Source of the DNA: an uncultured bacterium
GTDB taxonomy: Bacteria > Bacillota_I > Bacilli_A > RF39 > UBA660
DNA: 64,000 nucleotides
NCBI GenBank assembly: GCA_949291455.1
Contig: CASEVQ010000001.1
Span: 1,703 to 65,702 of the forward strand
Direction: 5' to 3'
Under the pieces are notes generated by a model. It searched no databases, had not been told where the DNA came from, and saw only the letters and a list, made by a program, of their open reading frames with translations. Shown here piece by piece: positions 9,086 to 16,906 of this stretch (its first letter is position 1; every line of letters starts with the position of its first letter). The position numbers and the translations under genes were made by a program.

Positions 9086-10183
9086 TTATGAATAAAATAA
9101 AATTTCTTTAATATTTTTATCCAAAACAATTAATTCTTTAATATTCTTAACAATACAAATAAATTTTTGACTATCCCTTTCATCAACATTTAACATACAT
9201 AATAACTTTTTCTTTAATATAATTTCACTTACACAATTAGATCTACAACAATTACAAAAATATTGAATATAAACTTTATTTTTATTATTTTTTGTTAGAT
9301 GACAAGTTTTCTTAATTTTCATTAAACTACCACATGTACATCTAACTTTAAAAATTCCTTTGCTTTTTCGATAATTTTTTATTTTTTTTTGTACAGATAA
9401 ATATTTATTAATATTAACAATAGGAATATGCCTCCCTTTAGTTTCAAAGTATCTATCACTATTTATTCCATAGCGAACATTACCAATATAATTAGGATTT
9501 AATAAAAGAAGCTTTATCGTCTTATAAGACCATTTACATTTATTTTTAGTCAAAATATTATCATTATTTAAAATATTGGCAATTTCCGTATATGAATACC
9601 CTTTTAAAAATAAATCAAAAACTTTATTAACAATTATTGATTCTTCTTTATTTACTTTTTGAATTTTTTTTCCTTTTTCTTTAATATAACCATAACTTAC
9701 ATTTTTTGATGCAATAGTATAGCCTTCTTTTACTTTCCTTTCTAATCCCAATTTGACTCTTTCAACAATGTTTTCCCGTTCAAATTCAGCAAAAATACCT
9801 ATTATTTTTATAAACATTCTCCCTGTAGATGTCTTAGTATCAATTGACTCGTTTAAAGAATTAAAACTACAATTATATTTATTAAAAATATCTATAAGAT
9901 CGATTAAATCTTTTGTTGATCTTGTTAACCTATCTATTTTATAAACTAAAACATTATTAACTTTATTTTCTTTTATATCATCAATTAATCGTCTTAATTC
10001 TTTACGATCAACAATATTTTTTCCACTTATACCTTCATCAATATAAACAGAAAAAACATTCCAATCCTTTATACTGGCATAAGATTTTAATTTTTCTTCT
10101 TGAGCTCTAATTGAATAACCATTATTTGCCTGTTCTTCAGTTGAAACTCTAATATAAATACCTGTGTTAATCATATTCATCAA
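9086..10183 (-). CDS. serine recombinase (element 2, 365 aa)
   Basis: GIYIRVSTEEQ catalytic Ser motif, VYKIDRLTRS, and GIFAEFERENIVERVK. Also a recombinase domain and a Cys-rich C-terminal region. The ATG is 38 bp from the crossover site. Confidence 0.9.
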   Translation of the reverse strand: MMNMINTGIYIRVSTEEQANNGYSIRAQEEKLKSYASIKDWNVFSVYIDEGISGKNIVDRKELRRLIDDIKENKVNNVLVYKIDRLTRSTKDLIDLIDIFNKYNCSFNSLNESIDTKTSTGRMFIKIIGIFAEFERENIVERVKLGLERKVKEGYTIASKNVSYGYIKEKGKKIQKVNKEESIIVNKVFDLFLKGYSYTEIANILNNDNILTKNKCKWSYKTIKLLLLNPNYIGNVRYGINSDRYFETKGRHIPIVNINKYLSVQKKIKNYRKSKGIFKVRCTCGSLMKIKKTCHLTKNNKNKVYIQYFCNCCRSNCVSEIILKKKLLCMLNVDERDSQKFICIVKNIKELIVLDKNIKEILFYS

Positions 10184-10209
10184 TAAATATTATTGTTTTT
10201 TTTGAAAAA

Positions 10210-10221
10210 TAGAACTCAAGT
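10210..10221. repeat. Element 2 right terminal inverted repeat, TAGAACTCAAGT
   Basis: Exact reverse complement of 4487-4498. Confidence 0.85.
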
Positions 10222-10223
10222 GA

Positions 10224-10398
10224 GGCTATAAGTCTATCAGATAGAATAATTGTTTTAACTAAAAGACCATCTACTATAAAAAGTATCTATACAATAAATT
10301 ATGAAAAAAGAGAAACACCAATAAAAAACAGAACAAAAAAAGAATTTAGCATATACTACGATAAAATATGGAGGGATTTAGATGTCCATATACAGTAA
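10224..10398 (+). pseudogene. ABC transporter ATP-binding protein, fragment 3 of 3
   Basis: Encodes (G)EAISLSDRIIVLTKRPSTIKSIYTINYEKRETPIKNRTKKEFSIYYDKIWRDLDVHIQ*. The stop at 10396-10398 overlaps the permease ATG, as in an intact operon. Confidence 0.85.
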
Positions 10399-11185
10399 AG
10401 AACATAAAGAATTTTTAAAAAAGAAAAAAAAAGAAAAGTATCTTGTAATACTATTTCAATTTTTAATACTTATAATATTTATTGCAACGTGGCAAATTCT
10501 TGCTAACTTAAAAATAATTAACACTTTTCTATTTTCATCACCAGAAAATATTATAAATACAACGATAAAACTATTTAAAGATAAACTATTAACACATATA
10601 GGAGTAACCTTTTATGAAACAATAATAAGTTTTCTTTTAGCATCAATATTAGGTTTAATAGTAGCTACTATATTATGGTGGAATAAAACTATTGCTAAAA
10701 TAGTTGATCCTTACTTAACTGTCATAAACTCTCTTCCAAAGGTTGCATTAGGTCCATTAATAATTATTTGGGTAGGAACAAGTACAAATTCAATTATCTT
10801 TATGGCTCTAATGATATCCTTGATAATAAGCATCATAAACATATATAATGCATTTATCTCAACAGAAAAAAACTATATAATATTATTAAAAAGTTTTAAT
10901 GCAACCAAATGGCAAATATTTTCTAAAGTAATTTTACCTAGTAATAAACAAAACATAATAAACGCATTTAAAATAAACATTAGTATGTCTTTAATCGGTG
11001 TAATAATGGGAGAATTATTAGTATCTAAGGAAGGCTTAGGATACTTAATAATGTATGGATCACAAGTATTTAATATTAATTTAGTAATTACGTCAGTTTT
11101 TATACTAGGAATAATTTCTTATATAATGTATTACATAATACATATTATTGAAAAGAAAGAAAAAATTAAAAAAGAAAAGTCCTGA
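10382..11185 (+). CDS. ABC transporter permease (NitT/TauT-type)
   Basis: 267-codon polytopic membrane ORF with a typical BPD-transport layout. Translationally coupled to the ATPase tail. Confidence 0.8.
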   Translation: MSIYSKEHKEFLKKKKKEKYLVILFQFLILIIFIATWQILANLKIINTFLFSSPENIINTTIKLFKDKLLTHIGVTFYETIISFLLASILGLIVATILWWNKTIAKIVDPYLTVINSLPKVALGPLIIIWVGTSTNSIIFMALMISLIISIINIYNAFISTEKNYIILLKSFNATKWQIFSKVILPSNKQNIINAFKINISMSLIGVIMGELLVSKEGLGYLIMYGSQVFNINLVITSVFILGIISYIMYYIIHIIEKKEKIKKEKS

Positions 11186-11202
11186 TAACATCAGGCTTTT
11201 TT
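11181..11202 (+). terminator. rho-independent terminator of the ABC operon
   Basis: Stem CCTGAT/ATCAGG followed by CTTTTTT. Confidence 0.75.
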
Positions 11203-11203
11203 A

Positions 11204-11749
11204 TTAAGCAATGGACTTTAAAGTTCCAATAATAACTAAATAATGATTTTTATTTAACAAATTACATGTAAACAAAGTTACGGTCGTATCATTTATATTG
11301 CGTTTAATTGAAATTCTCCCATCTTTATAATCATTATAAATATTAGAAACAACATATATATATTTCTTATCACAATACTCTAAAATTATTTCATCACCTA
11401 TTGATAAATGCACTAAATCATTAAAATAAGCTACTGAACCACTACCAGAATGCCCACCTAAAACAACATTACCATTATTTTCATTAGGCATATTAGAATA
11501 TTTCATTATTTGCACATTCATATCTATATTATTCTTAATACTATTTTTATCGTATATATCATTATGCAAATTAATTTTAGGAATTATTAAAGATATAATT
11601 GGTTTTTCTAATACTTTATTTCCATTATTAATAAATTCTATATCAGACATAGTACGTGAATTAGATAAATTTACAAATGATAAATTTATTATTAAATAAA
11701 AAACAAATAAAATGAATATTACTTTATTTACTATTGATAACATAAACAA
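11204..11749 (-). CDS. small sortase
   Basis: Signal anchor, His in VVLGGHSGSG and Cys in VTLFTCN. No Arg downstream of the Cys. Overlaps the end of the adhesin gene. Confidence 0.7.
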   Translation of the reverse strand: MFMLSIVNKVIFILFVFYLIINLSFVNLSNSRTMSDIEFINNGNKVLEKPIISLIIPKINLHNDIYDKNSIKNNIDMNVQIMKYSNMPNENNGNVVLGGHSGSGSVAYFNDLVHLSIGDEIILEYCDKKYIYVVSNIYNDYKDGRISIKRNINDTTVTLFTCNLLNKNHYLVIIGTLKSIA

Positions 11750-13205
11750 CTCCAGACAATATAGATAAAATTAATAATAAAATAAAATCATAGAACTTAG
11801 ATTCATCTTCAATATAAGCATCAGGTACATCTATTTCAATATCATAAAGAGGTAAAGTTATACTAACATTCGATCTTTCATCAACAATAATAGTTATATC
11901 ATCAACTTTATCATAGTTAGTAGTAGTATTAACTTGTTTTATTGTATACTTACCATAAGGTAAAATCACTTCTAAAATTCCAAATTCATCTGTAATTCCA
12001 GTATAAATTAATTTATTATTACAATCATAAAAATCAAAAGTAATTCCACTTTCAACTTTCATAGAAACATTAGCATAATCTTCATTTGAACCATAATATT
12101 TAATAATTTTAATTTTTGACTTTATAACGTCGTTTTTTAAGTTTAACTCTACATTTAAGTTATCGCTATCAATGTCTACAAAATATTCATTTCTATCAAT
12201 ATAATATCCTTTACCAGCTTCTACTTCTTTGATTCTATATTTTCCATATGAAAGATTTTCCAAAACACCAATATTATTTTCCCCAATAATAATATCACCT
12301 ATAAATTTATTATCCATATCAAATACCGAATATTTAGCCCCTATTAAACTTGCTTCTCCACTAGGTATTACAGAATTAGAATCACTATCTAATTTCATAA
12401 TTTTAATACTACCAGACTCTACATAAATATTAACCTCAAATTGTAAAAAATCAACATTTCCTCTTTCAATAACACTTTGAGTACCAAAACTATAAAAAAA
12501 CTCCGTGGAATATGATAAACTATCGTCGTAATTTGCCAATATTATTTTTTTATTTCCTTCTTCTGAAGAATTTATAATTAATTTATTATCTACAATTTTT
12601 GCATCAATGTCTGACTCGATAATTTTAAATTTATTTAATTGCAAACTATTATCAAATAATTCAACACTATCATTAATACTCATTGTAATTTCATTAGGAA
12701 TACTTGGTATCAAATTATGACTACTTACCAAACTTTCAATTTCTTCTATTTCACTATTATATGGATAAATAATATTTTTATCATTAACATTATCAATCCA
12801 ATTAAAAGAATGATTTGGATCAACAGTTCTCCAAATTAACATCTGAGTTATAGAAATCCATTTTTCTTCAAGATGATTTTTATAACCATAACCATAATAT
12901 GCTAAAAGTTTCAATTTTTCCCATTGTTCTTTAGTTAAATTAAAAGCACTATCATATTCAATAAAACCTGTATAATTAGTTCCATCAATTAAAGTAGCAA
13001 ATGGCTCTATACAATAAGCAATATTATTATTTAAAACATTTCTTATAGCTTTTGCATTTCTAAAATAATAATAATGCCCATCATACTTAACATAAGAAAT
13101 AGAATTTAAACTTTCTGAAGAAGAAAATATTGCCTCTTTTGCTAAAACTTTATCAGATAAAAAAAAGCTAATTAAAAATACTATTATTAATGTAATTTTT
13201 TTCAT
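11724..13205 (-). CDS. surface adhesin: thioester (TQXA-type) domain plus two SpaA/Cna-B-like domains, non-canonical anchor
   Basis: Start placed at MKKITLIIV (RBS AAGGGAG). Thioester-domain motifs NNIAYCIEP and SITQMLIW are present. Two repeats of the G..Y.V.D...YGKY.IKEV....GY type follow. The C-terminus reads ...DVPDAYIEDESKFYDF, then a hydrophobic helix, then INSK. Confidence 0.7.
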   Translation of the reverse strand: MKKITLIIVFLISFFLSDKVLAKEAIFSSSESLNSISYVKYDGHYYYFRNAKAIRNVLNNNIAYCIEPFATLIDGTNYTGFIEYDSAFNLTKEQWEKLKLLAYYGYGYKNHLEEKWISITQMLIWRTVDPNHSFNWIDNVNDKNIIYPYNSEIEEIESLVSSHNLIPSIPNEITMSINDSVELFDNSLQLNKFKIIESDIDAKIVDNKLIINSSEEGNKKIILANYDDSLSYSTEFFYSFGTQSVIERGNVDFLQFEVNIYVESGSIKIMKLDSDSNSVIPSGEASLIGAKYSVFDMDNKFIGDIIIGENNIGVLENLSYGKYRIKEVEAGKGYYIDRNEYFVDIDSDNLNVELNLKNDVIKSKIKIIKYYGSNEDYANVSMKVESGITFDFYDCNNKLIYTGITDEFGILEVILPYGKYTIKQVNTTTNYDKVDDITIIVDERSNVSITLPLYDIEIDVPDAYIEDESKFYDFILLLILSILSGVVYVINSK

Positions 13206-13258
13206 ATAATCTCCCTTACCATCACTAATAGTATTTTTATTCATATAATTTAAAAATC

Positions 13259-13804
13259 CTAAATATTATTAAAATATTCAATAACACCTTCTGTTATGCT
13301 AATTGCAAGAGTTTCCTGATAATTTTTATCTTGCAATAACTTTCTTTCTTGATAATTAGATAAAAAACCACATTCTATAAGTACTCCAGGAGTATTAATA
13401 TATTTATACATATAAAGATTTGTAGTTGTTATTTCTCTATTTGTCGAAGTGTTTTTTTTAAGACTTTCTTGAATGCTTGATGCTAAAGTTTCATTAAATT
13501 TATTACCTTCATAATATAAAACTTCTGCACCTTTATAATATGAATTTTTATACCAATTAACATGAATAGACAAATAAATATCAGTTTTTAAATAATTCTC
13601 ATCTATCATTTTAATTCTTCGATATAAATCTCCTCTTTTTTTATGTGCATCATAAACACTAGAATGGTCTATATCACTATCTCTAGTTAAAAATACAGTT
13701 GCTCCTTTCAAAGATAACTTTTCTTCTAATACTTTAGCAATTTCTAAATTAATGTCTTTCTCATAAATGTTTCCGTATACTACACCAGGATCACGTCCTC
13801 CATG
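13259..13804 (-). pseudogene. cwlD: N-acetylmuramoyl-L-alanine amidase CwlD-like, 3' fragment
   Basis: Encodes H|GGRDPGVVYGNIYEKDINLEIAKVLEEKLSLKGATVFLTRDSD...YLSIHVN...GVLIECGFLSN...YQETLAISITEGVIEYF, an Amidase_3/CwlD-like sequence. The N-terminal anchor and the DAGH motif are missing here and are found at 24643-24786. Confidence 0.85.
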
Positions 13805-13857
13805 GCTTGCACCTTTTAACCCCAGAAACCATATTCTTTTTTATTATAGGTTATATT

Positions 13858-15462
13858 TTATAAATCAAAATTCCATTCAATCCTAATATCTCTTGTGTTG
13901 ATATCTTTATCTAATGCACCAACATATATTTTTTCTATAAACTCTTCCACTATTATTCTAGTTAGTTTTTTAATATGTTTATATTTTTTTAATATGCTTT
14001 CTATATCTTTTGAATTTTCTTTTCTAGTTTCAGTTTCATCAAGTTGTTTTTCTATATCTTCAAGTCTTGTTTGATAAGATTCAACATCTTTTGTATATTC
14101 CTCTCTTAACATTTGAAAATCATCTTCTGATATAATACCTTTCATCTTATCCATATAAAGATTTTTAAAGTACAACTTGCTTTCATTTAACTTCTTTTCA
14201 AGATTAGCTTTCTCTTTATTTAAATTAGTAATTAATGTATCTTGTCTATTTTGTCTTTCTAATGTTTCATTAAATTCTTCTTTTAGTAATTTTTGATTAC
14301 ATTTTTTTAATAAACCATTTATGGCATCAAGTACATACTTTTCTATAACATCATATCTTATCGATCTATTATTATCACAGACATGATATTTTTTATTTCC
14401 TTTACATTGTAGATATGCTCGTTTTACTCTTGTTCCATTTTCACCTTTTACATTACATTGATTTCTTGCAAATATTTTTCCACATTCTGCACAATAGACT
14501 TTTGCACTTAATATATGTATATTACCATCTTTTGTTGGTCTATGGTGTTTCTTTAGTCTTTTTTGTACTAAATACCAAGTTTCACTATCAATAATAGGCT
14601 CGTGAGCATTTTCAGTAATACTCCATTCTGATTCAGGAACTTTTTTTGCCTTATGATTTTTATAACTAATGTTTGTTCTTTTGCCTTGTACTAAATTACC
14701 CATATAGGTTTCATTTCTAAGCATTGTTGCTATTGTGTCTGGAGTCCATATTCCAGTAGTATCATAATCAAAATTACAACATACAAAATTACTTCCAATA
14801 GATTTTTTATAAAGAGATGGACATAATATTTTTCTTTCATTTAAACTAGCACATATCTTATGATAACCAAGTCCATTTTTATATTTTTCAAAAATTTCTC
14901 TAACAATAGGTGCAACATTTTGATCAATAATAAGTTTATGTTTATCATTGGAGTCTTTCATATATCCATAAGGAGCAAAACTCCCCATAAATAAACCATC
15001 ATCTCTTTTATTCTTTAATGACTTTTTAACATTGTTAGATAAATCTTCTAAATACCATTCATTAACAAGTCCATTGATTTGTCTTGACTTTTTGTTTGAT
15101 TCATTGTTGGTATCAGCATTATCCACTATACTTACAAATCTAACTCCCCATTCAATAAACTTATTATGTAAATATCTTTCTATTACTTCCATATCTCTTG
15201 AAAATCTACTTTGAGTTTTACACAGTACAATATTTATTCTTCCATTTTCACAATCATTAATTAATCTATTAAAATCTGGCCTTTCAACTCCTGCTCCAGA
15301 ATAATCATCATCTGAATAAATATCTACAACTTCCCAATCTTGATCCAAAGCATATTTTAAAAGCATACTTTTTTGATTAGCGATTGATTCACTATCATCA
15401 TTTTTGTTTTTCTTATATCTATCTTCATCAGATAGCCTACAATATACACCTACCTTTTCCAT
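13858..15462 (-). CDS. large serine recombinase (element 3)
   Basis: YCRLSDEDRYKKNKNDDSESIANQ, LCKTQSRFSRDME and NKKSRQINGLVNEWYLED. A zinc-ribbon region (CAECGKIF...LQCKGNKKYHVCDN) and a coiled coil follow. Same architecture and long shared blocks with 1590-3203. Confidence 0.92.
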   Translation of the reverse strand: MEKVGVYCRLSDEDRYKKNKNDDSESIANQKSMLLKYALDQDWEVVDIYSDDDYSGAGVERPDFNRLINDCENGRINIVLCKTQSRFSRDMEVIERYLHNKFIEWGVRFVSIVDNADTNNESNKKSRQINGLVNEWYLEDLSNNVKKSLKNKRDDGLFMGSFAPYGYMKDSNDKHKLIIDQNVAPIVREIFEKYKNGLGYHKICASLNERKILCPSLYKKSIGSNFVCCNFDYDTTGIWTPDTIATMLRNETYMGNLVQGKRTNISYKNHKAKKVPESEWSITENAHEPIIDSETWYLVQKRLKKHHRPTKDGNIHILSAKVYCAECGKIFARNQCNVKGENGTRVKRAYLQCKGNKKYHVCDNNRSIRYDVIEKYVLDAINGLLKKCNQKLLKEEFNETLERQNRQDTLITNLNKEKANLEKKLNESKLYFKNLYMDKMKGIISEDDFQMLREEYTKDVESYQTRLEDIEKQLDETETRKENSKDIESILKKYKHIKKLTRIIVEEFIEKIYVGALDKDINTRDIRIEWNFDL

Positions 15463-15529
15463 TTACTACAACACCTCAATTCCGATTAGTTGTAGCAAAT
15501 ATAAATCTACAAAGAGATTATATAACATT

Positions 15530-15673
15530 TTAAGAATTATTTAAAGCTACGCTGTCCTCTTCTTCTGCTAATATAACTCGTAGTAATTTTTTTGCAATAA
15601 TATCTTTTAAATCAGTTTCTTCGATTACTTTATTATCTTTTGTTACATATATTACATTATAATTTACCTTCAT
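15530..15673 (-). CDS. small conserved protein upstream of the recombinase (candidate directionality/regulatory factor)
   Basis: Not in the ORF track. MKVNYNVIYVTKDNKVIEETDLKDIIAKKLLRVILAEEEDSVALNNS, with a strong RBS AGGGGGG 9 nt upstream. Homologous to 1378-1518. Confidence 0.65.
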   Translation of the reverse strand: MKVNYNVIYVTKDNKVIEETDLKDIIAKKLLRVILAEEEDSVALNNS

Positions 15674-15733
15674 TTTATCTATACCCCCCTTTGTTATTCT
15701 CTATAAAGAATATCCTCCTATTTTAATCATATA

Positions 15734-16231
15734 TCAATCCTCCTTAAACTCTTTTAACAAATTTTCCATATATGCTTGTTCATCTGGACTAGCTGGATCA
15801 TCTACACAAACTTCTGGATGTTCCATCCAATATGGAATTAATTCATTATGAGTCTTATTATTTTTCCTTGTATATTTTTTCCTTTTATCTTGGTAATTTT
15901 TTACTATGTATTTATCCTCTTTTTTTTCTAATATCTTAGAATTTTCTTTACTTACTATTTCGTTATTTAAATAAATTCTTCTTTGCCTATTAACAAATTT
16001 AACTTCAATATATTTTTTCCTTTTTAATTTATTAATAGAGTTAGATATTGTTTTTTCTTTAACACTTAATGTATTAGTAAAGTAACTATTACTGGCGTAG
16101 CAATACTCATTATTATTTGATAGTAAATTAATCACTCCATAAACTAACTTATCTGTTTGGGAACAAGTTTGGTCATTTAATATTATTCTCGGTACAGCTA
16201 TAAAATACCTTATAAAAGCCATATATCCCAT
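15734..16231 (-). CDS. winged-helix (HTH_36-like) replication/initiator-type protein
   Basis: The pattern ...KLVYGVINLLSNNNEYCYASNSYFTNTLSVKEKTISNSINKLKRKKYIEV is typical of plasmid/ICE Rep-type wHTH proteins. Confidence 0.5.
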   Translation of the reverse strand: MGYMAFIRYFIAVPRIILNDQTCSQTDKLVYGVINLLSNNNEYCYASNSYFTNTLSVKEKTISNSINKLKRKKYIEVKFVNRQRRIYLNNEIVSKENSKILEKKEDKYIVKNYQDKRKKYTRKNNKTHNELIPYWMEHPEVCVDDPASPDEQAYMENLLKEFKED

Positions 16232-16536
16232 CCTTCAAATTATAGTTTCTGGTGTTTAAGGGTGCAATATGCCTATGAAGAAATAAGTTTCCATTGGTAA
16301 TAGTTTGAGCTATAACATACATATTTTTAACCCTTAATACTTAATTTGTTCTTTGAAATAAGTTATAGTTCAAACTTGTATTCATCTTATATTTCTATAA
16401 GATAGGTTCTGATATAAGCCTTAATATCTTATCGAGCCTCTTATAACTAGCGTTCATTGTTACTTTTCTAGTTAAGTGTTATTGTGTACATTCCGTTTGA
16501 GTATTCTTTATATATTAGATATATTAGATATTTTAA

Positions 16537-16734
16537 TTATTCTAATAATTCAAGACTTTTTCTCAAATCTATATTTGTGATGTTTACTACTCTCTGAATC
16601 TCTCCTACATTTATATCTGTAAGTAATCTTTCAAATCCTTTAGTATAAATATATGAGTAGATCAATTTCGTTTCCATTGGAATTTTTTTATCTTTCCAAA
16701 TACTATCTGCAACTTCTAGGTATCTAATCTTCAT
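16537..16734 (-). CDS. small wHTH-like protein
   Basis: 65-codon ORF (...ETKLIYSYIYTKG...), divergent from the XRE gene. Confidence 0.4.
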   Translation of the reverse strand: MKIRYLEVADSIWKDKKIPMETKLIYSYIYTKGFERLLTDINVGEIQRVVNITNIDLRKSLELLE

Positions 16735-16841
16735 TCATAGGTTTCCTCCTTTCTGTTAATGTTCTTTGATGTAAAGCTCATCAAATTAAATATAGTCTAC
16801 CATCTTATTTTGAGCTTATCAACACTATAATTACAATTTCG

Positions 16842-16870
16842 TTGACTTTCTCATCATATTGTGATATGGT
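16842..16870 (+). promoter_or_regulatory. candidate sigma-A promoter of the XRE regulator gene
   Basis: TTGACT, a 17-nt spacer, then TATGGT preceded by TGTGA. Located 37 nt upstream of ATG 16907. Confidence 0.4.
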
Positions 16871-16906
16871 TACATAAGTTGAAACGAAGAAAGGTGGTTA
16901 TGATTT

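Larger units (their letters stand above)
4487..10223. mobile_element. Integrated element 2 (5,737 bp): serine recombinase plus sortase/VWA-adhesin module, inserted in the same ABC ATPase gene
   Basis: Perfect 12-bp inverted repeats: ACTTGAGTTCTA at 4487-4498 and TAGAACTCAAGT at 10210-10221. They flank GA dinucleotides (4485-4486 and 10222-10223) in direct orientation. Removal joins ...THDLG to EAISLSDR... in frame. Confidence 0.85.

Noticed and set aside
13803-13835. Idea that the end of element 3 supplies an in-frame ATG, so that a signal-less CwlD could be made from the integrated state.
   Set aside because: On careful framing, the ATG at 13832-13830 is out of frame with the cwlD 3' fragment. 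The in-frame extension (KRIWFLGLKGASH|GG...) has no canonical start and is closed by a TAA. The GASH/DAGH resemblance is just partial attP/attB arm similarity.
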